From Deltaproteobacteria bacterium (GTDB lineage: Bacteria; Desulfobacterota; Desulfarculia; Adiutricales; Adiutricaceae), in NCBI GenBank assembly GCA_031269825.1, contig JAISYP010000100.1:240-64239 (forward strand): a stretch of 64,000 nucleotides of DNA. Reading direction: 5' to 3'. This document shows, in pieces, positions 12,000 to 21,677 of this stretch; position 1 is the stretch's first letter; every line of letters begins with the position of its first letter. Made by a program: the position numbers and the translations under genes. Under the pieces are notes generated by a model. That model searched no databases and was not told the origin of the DNA. It worked only from the letters and a program-made list of their open reading frames with translations.

Positions 12000-13751
12000 T
12001 CAGGGCGAAACCAAATCCACGATTTGAAAATCCTCCACCAACCCCGCCACGGTTAGTTTTAAGCGCGGGATCACCGGTAGACTCATAAAGCCTAAAGTTA
12101 AAAAGGGATCGCGCCCAGGCTCCGTCCCCAATTGATGACAAACTTGGTCTAAGCCCTCAAGAATTTGGGCGATCTCTCGGAGGGGGGCGTTACTCATTAA
12201 CCCCCCCAATGGCAAGGCCAAAGTTCCCAAAACCTGGCCCCCGGCGGCTAAAGCCAGGCCCCCGCCCATGTTCACCACGGTTCGGGCGGCTAAGAGGATA
12301 TCCGCGTCCTCCACCCCCGCCGCCACCAGATGATGGGAATCGTGGCTAATGGTCTGGGCCAAGGCCCCGCGTTGGAGGCCTAAACCTTTTAAAAAACCCA
12401 CCTTGGCCACCCCATCGCCCCCATAACGGTTCCAGATGGCCATCTTGACTATCCCCAGACCCGGCTCGGCCTCGTAAAAACCGGCCCGGGCGGGCCACGA
12501 CAGCTTTAGCGAGTCGGTGACGATCTGATCCGGCTTAAGGCCAATGACCCGAACCTGGGAACCGGTGGCGGGAACCTTTAAACTGTTTGGCTCCAAAGGA
12601 GCCAGGCGAACGGAATTTAAAAGCCCAGATTCCAAAGATATTTTTTGGATCTTAGAGGAGCCCAAATAGCCCTCATCCACGACCAAGCGGCCATTTTTCC
12701 AGACTTTACGTGGTTTCCAAGACGTTAGATCCGGGTACAGCGCCAGATCGGCCAAATAACCAGGAGCCAAAGCCCCCCGATCTTTAAAGCCAAAAAATTG
12801 GGCCGGGTTAATGGTGGCCATGCGCAAAATATCGGGTAAGGGGATCTGGCTCAGATTCTGGGCCAGGCTAATCATATAATTGACCCCGCCTTGATTGACC
12901 AGATCCCGGGCGTGACGATCATCGGTGGCCAGCAAACAAAAACGGGCGTTCTCGCGGGTAATCGCGGGCCACAAACCCACTAAATTCCGCGCGGCCGTCC
13001 CTTCCCGAATCATGAGCCAAAAACCCCGCTCCAAGCGTTCCACGGCTTCCTGGACAGTGGCGGCCTCATGATCCGAAGACACGCCGCTGGCCCTTAGGGC
13101 GGATAAATCCAGTCCCCCCACCATGGGGGCGTGGCCATCGATCAAAGCCCCGCGCGACCGAGCCAAGGTTAGTTTGGCCAAAACTTCGGGATCCCCGGCC
13201 AAAACCCCCGGGTAATTCATCATCTCGCCCAAGCCCAAAACCCCAGGCCGCCCAAAATAAGGGCTCAAATCCTGGGCCGTGACCTCAGAGCCGCCTTTTT
13301 CCAAATTAGAGGCCGGCACGCAAGAGGGCAAAGTCAAGAAAAAGTCCATGGCCGCCACGCGGGCCGAGGCGAGAAAATAGTCTAGCCCTAAAAGACCGGC
13401 CACATTGACGATCTCATGGGGATCGGCCACCACGGCCGTCACGCCATTTTCCAAAAGCGTGGGGGCCAAAGATTGGGGGGAGGCCAGGGAGGATTCCACG
13501 TGAACATGACTATCCACGAACCCGGGAACTAAATAGCCCGTGACCAACAGTTCACGTTCCCCCGCGTAAGAGCCTGGCGGGCCAACCCCAGCCAGGCGAT
13601 CTTCCCAAATAGCCAGATCCCCGGGGACGAAACGCCCACTAAAAACATCAAAAATTGACCCGCCCCGAATGACCAGATCCGCCTTAGCCCTTCCTCTGGC
13701 CACTTGGATTAAACGGGCTAGTTTTTCCGACTCAAGGGGTGACAGAGCCAT
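12000..13751 (-). CDS. ade: Adenine deaminase
   Basis: The 583-aa ORF has the amidohydrolase metal motif PGFVDSHVHVESS and a length typical of Ade. Confidence 0.85.
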   Translation of the reverse strand: MALSPLESEKLARLIQVARGRAKADLVIRGGSIFDVFSGRFVPGDLAIWEDRLAGVGPPGSYAGERELLVTGYLVPGFVDSHVHVESSLASPQSLAPTLLENGVTAVVADPHEIVNVAGLLGLDYFLASARVAAMDFFLTLPSCVPASNLEKGGSEVTAQDLSPYFGRPGVLGLGEMMNYPGVLAGDPEVLAKLTLARSRGALIDGHAPMVGGLDLSALRASGVSSDHEAATVQEAVERLERGFWLMIREGTAARNLVGLWPAITRENARFCLLATDDRHARDLVNQGGVNYMISLAQNLSQIPLPDILRMATINPAQFFGFKDRGALAPGYLADLALYPDLTSWKPRKVWKNGRLVVDEGYLGSSKIQKISLESGLLNSVRLAPLEPNSLKVPATGSQVRVIGLKPDQIVTDSLKLSWPARAGFYEAEPGLGIVKMAIWNRYGGDGVAKVGFLKGLGLQRGALAQTISHDSHHLVAAGVEDADILLAARTVVNMGGGLALAAGGQVLGTLALPLGGLMSNAPLREIAQILEGLDQVCHQLGTEPGRDPFLTLGFMSLPVIPRLKLTVAGLVEDFQIVDLVSP

Positions 13752-13755
13752 GGGT

Positions 13756-15552
13756 TTAATCCTCGTCGGTCTTTAAGACCGCGACAAAAGCGCTCTGGGG
13801 CACTTCGATCTGCCCGACCATCTTCATGCGCTTTTTGCCTTTTTTCTGTTTTTCCAACAGTTTGCGTTTACGGGAAATATCGCCGCCGTAACATTTGGCG
13901 GTGACGTCTTTGCGGAAAGCGCTGATGGTGGAGCGAGCGATGATGTCGCCACCAATGGCCCCTTGAATGGCGATCTTAAACTGTTGGCGCGGGAGCTCTT
14001 CCTTTAACCGCTCGCACATGGCCAGAGCCCTGGCTCGGGCTCGATCCTTGTGGGTGATAACTGACAGAGCGTCAACTTTATCGCCATTAAGCAAGATATC
14101 GACTTTGACTAGTTTATTGGGTCGATGATCCAATAGCTCATAATCAAAACTACCGTAACCCTGGGTGATGGATTTAAGTTTATCGTAAAAATCGTAAATC
14201 ACCTCGGCCAAGGGCATCTCAAAAATCATCTCCGCCCGGCCCGGGCCTGGATAATTAAGCGAAGAGGAAATCCCCCGGCGATCCAGGGCCAGTTTCATCA
14301 CCGCCCCGATGTAACGCTCCGGGATCAAGACGCTGGCCCGAATGTAAGGCTCAAGCGAGAGCTCAATTTGGGCCGGATCCGGATATTCCTGGGGGTTGTC
14401 AATGAACAGCTCGCGGCCGTCTTTCAATTGAAACTGATAGCGCACCGAGGGGGCCGTCATAATGATCGATTGGTCAAACTCCCGCTCCAGACGCTCCTGA
14501 ACAATCTCTAAATGCAATAGACCTAAAAAACCGCACCGAAACCCTAGCCCTAAAGCCAGGGAACTATCTTTTTGGTAAACCAAGGCCGCGTCGCTGAGTT
14601 TATATTTTTCCAAGGATTCGGCTAGCGATAAATAATCATCCGAGGAGATGGGATAGATGGAAGAAAAAACCACCGGTTTTACGCTTTTAAACCCGGGTAA
14701 AGGGGTCGACGCCGGTTGGGTGGCCAAGGTCAAGGTGTCGCCAATGGCCACGTCCGAGACTGTTTTTAAGCCAGCGATCACGTAGCCAACCATGCCCGCC
14801 CCCAGCTGGGCGGTAGGCTCGCGTTTGACCCGAAAAAGCCCGACCTCCTCGACCCGATACTGGGCGTTACTGGCCATTAATAAAATCTGATCCCCGGCCT
14901 TTAAGCTCCCATCCACCAAACGAACCGCCACCACCGTGCCGCGGAAGGGATCATAGAAAGCGTCAAAAATAAGCGCTTTTAAAGGCGCGTCCGGCTGGCC
15001 AGCCGGGGGCGGCACTCGTTCCACCACGGCCGGGAGAACCAGATCCAAGCCTGTCCCCAGCTTAGCCGAAACTTGTAAAGCGTCGTCGGGATCCAGACCC
15101 AGATCTCGCTCGATCTGACTTAAGGTCGACTCAATATCGGCGGCGGCTAAATCAATCTTATTGATCACCGGGATGATGACCAAATCATGCTCCATGGCGG
15201 CGTACAGGTTCGCTAACGTCTGGGCTTCCACGCCTTGGGCCGCGTCAATCAGCAGTAACGCCCCCTCGCAAGCGGCTAAAGCGCGCGAGACCTCGTAAGA
15301 AAAATCCACGTGCCCCGGGGTGTCGATGAGGTTAATTTGGTAAACCGCGCCATCCGGGGCGCGCCAAGGCAGGGTCACCGCGCTACTTTTAATGGTGATG
15401 CCGCGCTCCCGCTCTAGATCCATGCTATCGAGGATCTGGTCATGAAACTGCCGGGCTTCCACCAGACCCGCCTCCTGAATCAAGCGGTCGGCCAAAGTGG
15501 ATTTACCGTGGTCAATGTGAGCCACGATGGAAAAATTGCGAATCCGTCTCAT
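13756..15552 (-). CDS. lepA: Elongation factor 4 (LepA)
   Basis: The ORF starts MRRIRNFSIVAHIDHGKSTLADRL and has DTPGHVDF, NKID and the LepA C-terminal domain. Confidence 0.97.
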   Translation of the reverse strand: MRRIRNFSIVAHIDHGKSTLADRLIQEAGLVEARQFHDQILDSMDLERERGITIKSSAVTLPWRAPDGAVYQINLIDTPGHVDFSYEVSRALAACEGALLLIDAAQGVEAQTLANLYAAMEHDLVIIPVINKIDLAAADIESTLSQIERDLGLDPDDALQVSAKLGTGLDLVLPAVVERVPPPAGQPDAPLKALIFDAFYDPFRGTVVAVRLVDGSLKAGDQILLMASNAQYRVEEVGLFRVKREPTAQLGAGMVGYVIAGLKTVSDVAIGDTLTLATQPASTPLPGFKSVKPVVFSSIYPISSDDYLSLAESLEKYKLSDAALVYQKDSSLALGLGFRCGFLGLLHLEIVQERLEREFDQSIIMTAPSVRYQFQLKDGRELFIDNPQEYPDPAQIELSLEPYIRASVLIPERYIGAVMKLALDRRGISSSLNYPGPGRAEMIFEMPLAEVIYDFYDKLKSITQGYGSFDYELLDHRPNKLVKVDILLNGDKVDALSVITHKDRARARALAMCERLKEELPRQQFKIAIQGAIGGDIIARSTISAFRKDVTAKCYGGDISRKRKLLEKQKKGKKRMKMVGQIEVPQSAFVAVLKTDED

Positions 15553-16178
15553 CGAGCGCTGGCCTCAAATGGCCATTGGCCGGTTAGGGATCGCTGATAA
15601 ATCCCCGCTCCTAGGCCCACGACCAGGGCGCAAAAAACCAGGATAAAACTGACCAGCAATAGCTCAGCCATGTTAAAAGACCCAAACGACCAATTGGAGT
15701 CAACCCCACAATCGCCCTGAGGCGAAAAATGGCCGGGCCACTTTCTCGCCAACCACCGACCAAGGGCCAAACCCGGCCGAGCCCCACAAGGGGCGTAAGC
15801 CTGTGGCCAATGGAGGGCGCGAGCGTTTAAAACTTCCAGCTCAAAAGCGTAAATAATCACCACTAAAGATCCCGCCAAAGACAAAAGATGGCCCGGCAAA
15901 CGAAAAATGACCCATTGGGGCAGGATAGCCGCCCAAAAAGCCCCGATCGCGATTAAAAGCGCGCCCTGGCGAATATAAACGCAATAAAGGCACGGTCTTA
16001 AGCCTAAACTTTGTTGGAAGTAAAGAACCGAAAACATTTCTAGGCCTAGGGCCAATAACGCGCCCGTTAGCCACAAGGCTCGGCCGAGGCGTAATCGAGC
16101 CACTAGGCTAAAATACGGAAAATTTAAGTCAACAATAGGTTTGACGGGTTTGACGGGTTTGACGGTCGTTTGGCTCAT
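15549..16178 (-). CDS. dsbB: Disulfide bond formation protein B
   Basis: The protein is polytopic, and LRPCLYCVYIRQ resembles the E. coli DsbB CxxC loop. The stop overlaps the lepA start (ATGA). The N-terminus contains a KPV KPV KP repeat. Confidence 0.75.
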   Translation of the reverse strand: MSQTTVKPVKPVKPIVDLNFPYFSLVARLRLGRALWLTGALLALGLEMFSVLYFQQSLGLRPCLYCVYIRQGALLIAIGAFWAAILPQWVIFRLPGHLLSLAGSLVVIIYAFELEVLNARALHWPQAYAPCGARPGLALGRWLARKWPGHFSPQGDCGVDSNWSFGSFNMAELLLVSFILVFCALVVGLGAGIYQRSLTGQWPFEASAR

Positions 16179-16266
16179 TAAAGTCGCTTTAAAATCCTCT
16201 TTAATAACGCTATCAATAACGTTAGTCGCTGGCTAAAATCGCCCTCGCCCAAAGACTGGCCCCTGG

Positions 16267-16998
16267 CTATTTAGCCGGGGCCGGTTTCTTTTCGCCCGCG
16301 CCTTTAGCTAATTCCTCTAGAGCCAACTTTTCGGCCGCGCCGGTAAAGTCCGTGGGCGGTCGACGGCCCTCAATGGAGACCACGTAACGGCCATTAACGA
16401 CAAACGAGGGCACCGACCCTAGATCCACGGCGTCAAGGTAGGCGTAAGTTTTTTCCACCATGTTTCGGGTCAAGGGCTCATTAAGGCGTTGCTCAAACTC
16501 CACCAAGTTTAGATGGTTGGCCCGAGCGAAGGCTTTTTGGGAATTAACCGAGAGCAACTGAGTCGGCACTTCCCGGCTCGGTTGAACCGCGTTAAAAACC
16601 GCCTGACGGAGTTTGGGCTCGAGACCCATATTATCCAAGGCCCAAAATAACTTGGCGTGCTCAGACCAATCTGGGTTTTCCCGGAAAGCCGCGGCCACCT
16701 TTTTGAAACGAACGCCCTCGGGCAACCGGCTAGCCATGGCGTTAACTTGGCCATCAACGTCCTTGCAAGTGCCGCAGCCATACCAAAAAAAGTAGAGCAC
16801 TTCCACTTTCTGGTCGGAGTTGTCCCAACGCTGGGGATTTTTAATTTCCTTGATCCCCCGGTAGGGGGGATTGGGTTTATCTGGCGCGGCGGCGGGTTTG
16901 TCCTGAGCCCAAGACCAGGCGCTTAAAGCGAAAATCAGCGTCGCCACCAAGGCTATTATGGTCGCCCCACCCCACCGTAATTGTAATAACTTGCTCAT
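16267..16998 (-). CDS. dsbA: DsbA-family thiol:disulfide oxidoreductase with a signal peptide
   Basis: It has the thioredoxin-fold motif FFWYGCGTCKD (CxxC). The start was chosen at ATG 16998 (MSKLLQLRWGGATIIALVATLIFALSAWSWA). Confidence 0.75.
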   Translation of the reverse strand: MSKLLQLRWGGATIIALVATLIFALSAWSWAQDKPAAAPDKPNPPYRGIKEIKNPQRWDNSDQKVEVLYFFWYGCGTCKDVDGQVNAMASRLPEGVRFKKVAAAFRENPDWSEHAKLFWALDNMGLEPKLRQAVFNAVQPSREVPTQLLSVNSQKAFARANHLNLVEFEQRLNEPLTRNMVEKTYAYLDAVDLGSVPSFVVNGRYVVSIEGRRPPTDFTGAAEKLALEELAKGAGEKKPAPAK

Positions 16999-17030
16999 AA
17001 AGGCTAATTCTCCAATTGTTAGTCGCCCGA

Positions 17031-17336
17031 CTAATTTTCCTCGGTTCCGGGCGGAAGCCACAGGGAACCGGGATTAACGGCAAAGCGCTCCTGGCCAAAA
17101 GCGTCGATGGCGACCATGATGACGCTCCAGGCCAAAAGCTCGGCCACGGCTGGCTCCAAAGCCGCCGGCTCGCCGACCCAGGCCGCGCGCAGCGAGGCCC
17201 AATCGGGATTTCGGCCATCTTCAACCATGGAGCAGATGAGGATATAAGCCGATTTGGCTTCCACCGAAATCCCCAATAAAAAGATCTGGGTGTCCATGAT
17301 CGCGCGTTGATATTCGTTTCGCGTCTCGTCTTCCAT
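17031..17336 (-). CDS. Hypothetical 101-aa protein
   Basis: The ORF lies in a GC-rich gap between nadC and dsbA whose composition matches coding DNA. It has an ATG with an upstream purine-rich stretch. No family was recognised. Confidence 0.4.
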   Translation of the reverse strand: MEDETRNEYQRAIMDTQIFLLGISVEAKSAYILICSMVEDGRNPDWASLRAAWVGEPAALEPAVAELLAWSVIMVAIDAFGQERFAVNPGSLWLPPGTEEN

Positions 17337-17376
17337 ACGTCCCCGCCTCGCCCAAAAAACTAAAGCCCGCCCAAAA

Positions 17377-18228
17377 CTAGACCCAGTCTAAGCCTACGTC
17401 CACCCAAGGGGCCGAGTGGGTTATGGCGCCCACGGAGATAAAATCCACCCCAGTGAGGGCCACCGCTCGGATGGTCTCTAAATTGACCCCACCCGAGACT
17501 TCCAATAAAACCTCGCGCGCCAGAGGCGCGAAATAATTTTCCGTTTCCTTAACGGCCACCTTAAGTTCTTCTGGGCTCATATTGTCCAATAACAATATAT
17601 CCGCCTCCGCCCTTAAGGCCGGCCAAATTTGCCGAATTTCGTCGACCTCGACTTCCACTTTTAGGCCATGGGGGGCCCCTTGGCGGGCGTCTTGGATGGC
17701 TTTTTCTATGGAGCCGGCCGCCTGGATATGGTTATCTTTAATCAAAATCCCGTCAAAAAGCCCAAAGCGATGGTTGCGGCCGCCACCATCGACCACGGCC
17801 GCTTTTTCCCATAACCGCCAGCCCGGCGTGGTTTTGCGGGTATCCAAAAGGCTGGGGCCTGGGCCCATGGCCTGGACATAGCGCCTGGTCAAAGTGGCGA
17901 TCCCGGACAAACGCCCTAAAAAATTAAGGGCCACCCGCTCGGCGGCCAAAATACTTCGCGCTTCCCCGGCGACGCGGGCGATATTAGCTCCCGGCGGGAG
18001 GTTATCGCCATCTTTAACGAATAACTCCACCGCCAATTGATCGTCGACGCGGGCGAAGACTTTGGAAACCGCCTTTAGGCCCGAGACAGTCATCGGCGCC
18101 CGCGTCCGAATCAGAGCCTGGCCCTGGGCGCCCAAGGGAATGGTCAAGCGACTGGTGACGTCCCCTGGCCCCAAATCCTCGCTTAAGGCCAGATCAATTA
18201 AAAGATCCGTCGAGGTTGGCGAACTCAC
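17377..18228 (-). CDS. nadC: Nicotinate-nucleotide pyrophosphorylase (quinolinate phosphoribosyltransferase)
   Basis: The 283-aa ORF has LSEDLGPGDVTS, ERVALNFL and ILLDNM motifs. Its GTG start overlaps the valS stop. Confidence 0.9.
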   Translation of the reverse strand: MSSPTSTDLLIDLALSEDLGPGDVTSRLTIPLGAQGQALIRTRAPMTVSGLKAVSKVFARVDDQLAVELFVKDGDNLPPGANIARVAGEARSILAAERVALNFLGRLSGIATLTRRYVQAMGPGPSLLDTRKTTPGWRLWEKAAVVDGGGRNHRFGLFDGILIKDNHIQAAGSIEKAIQDARQGAPHGLKVEVEVDEIRQIWPALRAEADILLLDNMSPEELKVAVKETENYFAPLAREVLLEVSGGVNLETIRAVALTGVDFISVGAITHSAPWVDVGLDWV

Positions 18229-20876
18229 GCGCTCATCTCCTTTAAAGCCGCCAAAGACTGGCCAGTGGCTTGGGCCAGTTTAATCATCTCGGCCAAACGC
18301 TCCCGGGTTTCCTCAACCACTTCCTCTGGGGCTTTACTGACGTACTCGGCGTTAGCCAATTTGCCCTCCGCTTGTTTAATGTCTTTATTCAACTGGATTA
18401 ATTCTTTGTCCAGTCGAGCCATTTCCACGGTCAAATCGATGAGCCCGCCCAAGGGCAACCAGATTTGGCCCCAGACATGGGCGGAGAAGGCCGCGTCTTT
18501 GGGTTTTAGCGCCCCCGGCGCGGCGGTGGTCAATTTTTCGGCGCCCATTAAACGCAACAACAAGGGCGAGTATTTATCCAATAGAGCCAGTAAAGCCGGA
18601 TCTTCCAGTTTGATCACGGGCGACACTTTATCCGCGGGCGCCACCCCAAAATCCGCTCGCGCCGAACGAACTGAGCGGGTAATGTCCATTAAAAAACCAA
18701 TCCGGGCCTCGGCCTCGGGATCGTTAACCAGCGGGTCGGCCTCGCCCCCCGGATAAGGGGCGGTCATCAAAAACCCCTCGGCCCCTGGGATGAGCGACCA
18801 AATCCGCTCCGTCACAAATGGCGCGATCGGATGCGTTAGGGCCAAAACCTTGGCCAAGGCGTCCAAGAGAACCAGGCGCGTGGCCTTTTTAGCCACTTCG
18901 TCTTCCCCAAAAAGGGTTGGTTTAACTAATTCCAAATACCAGTCGCAAAACTCATCCCAGACAAAATGATAAACCGTGTCGGCCAAACGATCAAAAGCGA
19001 AAGACTCCAAACGCTCGCGGCACTGGGCGGCCACTTGGCGCAGACGATGTTGAACCCAGCGATCGGGCAAAGACTGGGGGGGATTTGACGCGCTTAAAGT
19101 CGCCTGATCTAAAGTCACCTCGCCCAAGTTAGCCAAGGTGAAACGAGCCGCGTTCCACAGCTTATTGATAAACTTGCCATACCCAGCCACGCGCGTGGGA
19201 TTTAATTTCATGTCGCGGTTTTGGCCAGCCTGGGCGGTCAGGGTGAAGCGGAAAGCGTCGGCCCCGTAAAGATCAATGACGCCCAAAGGATCAATGACGT
19301 TACCCTTTGATTTGCTCATTTTCTGGCCTTGGGCGTCTCGCACCAAGGGATGGAGAACCACGTCCCGGAAAGGCGCTTGATCGGTGAGCCATAAACCCAT
19401 CATCATCATCCGGGCCACCCAGAAAAAGATGATATCAAAACCGGTCACCAACACCGTGGTGGGATAGAAACGAGCCAGATCGGGGGTGTTCCCCGGCCAC
19501 CCCAAAGTGGAAAAAGGCCACAGCCCCGAGGAAAACCACGTGTCCAAAACATCGGGATCTTGGGTTAAGGAGCCTTGACAATGGGGACAATGGCTGGGAT
19601 CGACGCGGCTAACCGTCACTTGGCCGCATTGATCGCAAGTCCAGGCCGGAATCCGGTGGCCCCACCACAGTTGGCGACTGACGCACCAATCGCGGATGTT
19701 TTCTAACCACTCAAAATAGGTCTTCTCCCACTGGGGCGGATGGAAGCGGGTTCGGCCATCCCGAACGGCCTCGAGGGCCTTTTTGGCCAAAGGCGCGGTT
19801 CGGACAAACCACTGGCGCGAGACCAAGGGCTCGATCACGGTTCGGCAACGGTAACAAACGCCCACCGCGTGGGTCAAGGGCTCAACTTTGGCTAAAAACC
19901 CTTGGGCTTCTAGATCCGCGACGACTTTTTGGCGGGCCACGTCTCGATCCAAACCCGCGTAAGGGCCCGCCGCCTTGGTCAAAAGGCCGCGCTCGTCAAT
20001 GGCTTTAATGAGGGGCAGATCGTGCCGCCGCCCGATCTGAAAATCATTGTGATCGTGGCCCGGGGTCACTTTTAAGGCCCCCGTGCCAAACTGACGATCC
20101 ACATATTCGTCGGCGATAATCGGAATGAGGCGATCGGTCAAAGGGATCTGGGCCTTTCGCCCGACCAGATGGCCATAACGCTCGTCTAAAGGGTTCACGG
20201 CCACGGCGGTGTCCCCAAACATCGTCTCAGGCCTGGTCGTGGCCACCACCAAAGCCTCGCCCCCCGCCACGGCGTATTTAAGGTAATAAAGGTGGTCTTT
20301 GCGCTCCTGACGCTCGACCTCGATATCCGCCACCGCCGTTAAACAGCGGGGACACCAATTAACAATATAGTCGCCTTGGTAGATGAGGCCTTCCTCGTGG
20401 AGGCGGACAAAAACCTCCCGCACGGCTTTGGATAAACCTTCGTCCAAGGTGAAGCGCTCCCGACTCCAATCGCAGGAAGCCCCCAGACGCCGCAGTTGGC
20501 GGACAATTTGGCCACCATACTCGGCCTTCCAGCTCCAGACCCTTTCGACAAACTTTTCGCGGCCTAGCTCTTCCCTTTTAACGCCCTCCTGGGCCAAGGC
20601 CCTTTCCACCACCGCCTGGGTGGCGATACCAGCGTGATCCGTCCCCGGCACCCAAAGCGTGTCATCGCCCTTCATCCGGTGGTAACGGATGAGGATATCC
20701 TGGAGCGTGTTATCCAGGGCGTGCCCCATGTGGAGCTGGCCGGTGACGTTAGGCGGCGGGATGACGATCACGAAGGGCGGGCCAGTCTTAGCCGCTTTCG
20801 GGGCGAACAGGCCAGATTCTTCCCAACGGGCGTAAATCTGACTTTCCCAAAGGCTATGGTTGAAATTTTTTTCCAT
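18225..20876 (-). CDS. valS: Valine--tRNA ligase
   Basis: The 883-aa ORF has the HIGH-type motif PPPNVTGQLHMGHA, KMSKS, and a C-terminal coiled coil. Confidence 0.97.
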   Translation of the reverse strand: MEKNFNHSLWESQIYARWEESGLFAPKAAKTGPPFVIVIPPPNVTGQLHMGHALDNTLQDILIRYHRMKGDDTLWVPGTDHAGIATQAVVERALAQEGVKREELGREKFVERVWSWKAEYGGQIVRQLRRLGASCDWSRERFTLDEGLSKAVREVFVRLHEEGLIYQGDYIVNWCPRCLTAVADIEVERQERKDHLYYLKYAVAGGEALVVATTRPETMFGDTAVAVNPLDERYGHLVGRKAQIPLTDRLIPIIADEYVDRQFGTGALKVTPGHDHNDFQIGRRHDLPLIKAIDERGLLTKAAGPYAGLDRDVARQKVVADLEAQGFLAKVEPLTHAVGVCYRCRTVIEPLVSRQWFVRTAPLAKKALEAVRDGRTRFHPPQWEKTYFEWLENIRDWCVSRQLWWGHRIPAWTCDQCGQVTVSRVDPSHCPHCQGSLTQDPDVLDTWFSSGLWPFSTLGWPGNTPDLARFYPTTVLVTGFDIIFFWVARMMMMGLWLTDQAPFRDVVLHPLVRDAQGQKMSKSKGNVIDPLGVIDLYGADAFRFTLTAQAGQNRDMKLNPTRVAGYGKFINKLWNAARFTLANLGEVTLDQATLSASNPPQSLPDRWVQHRLRQVAAQCRERLESFAFDRLADTVYHFVWDEFCDWYLELVKPTLFGEDEVAKKATRLVLLDALAKVLALTHPIAPFVTERIWSLIPGAEGFLMTAPYPGGEADPLVNDPEAEARIGFLMDITRSVRSARADFGVAPADKVSPVIKLEDPALLALLDKYSPLLLRLMGAEKLTTAAPGALKPKDAAFSAHVWGQIWLPLGGLIDLTVEMARLDKELIQLNKDIKQAEGKLANAEYVSKAPEEVVEETRERLAEMIKLAQATGQSLAALKEMSA

Positions 20877-21677
20877 TATCTCTTTATGGGCGCGCCTTTA
20901 AAGTCGGCCGCCGGGCCAAGGTTTGGCCTTTTTATTAGGGGGAAGATTTATCAAAAAAAAGGCTCGCGCCGATTAATTGACCTTATTATTTTATGGCTGA
21001 CTTTCTGGTTGAGCCACTATTATTGTTGAGCTGATGGTTAAACCGGTGGTTGAGCTTATAATTGAGCCTAGCGAATTTTAACCCAACCCAAGCTGAAAAG
21101 CAAAAACCTAAAATCCGCGCCCAAGGGCCGAAATCAGGAAAAAACTATTTTCGCGTTATTTAGACCTATAATTATCCCTCTAATTAAATATATTTTCCGT
21201 ACAATATTATCAACTAAAACGCTTAATATTAATTAAAATAAAACATATTTTGACTTTATACAAATAACAATGGTCTATTTTTAACCATCGGGCGGACGAT
21301 CCCCGAGCCTAGCCACCTGGCCAACTGGACAGCCAACCACCCAGTTAGCCGCCCCGTCAGCCGCTCAGCTCACCCCAGATTGACCGGCCCAGTTCGCGCC
21401 CAGAGGCGGACAAAAGGGCTAAATTAGCCCGGTCGCCCCAGAGCCCAGGCGGGCGGTCTAAACATAATAGGTTTTAATCCTTGATTTTAGACCTCTTTTA
21501 TATTATTTTACGATTCCGAGCCTGGGTATTAGCCATCAAAAAGCCGAATCCCCAATTGATCCCGCTTTTTCGCCCCTTTAAAGACGACCAGACGCGGGGT
21601 CAGGATCGTAAAATTTTGGGTTCCCCATACCCTCTCAAATCCATATGTAGGAGCCTATTGGGCCTTCGGGACAAATC

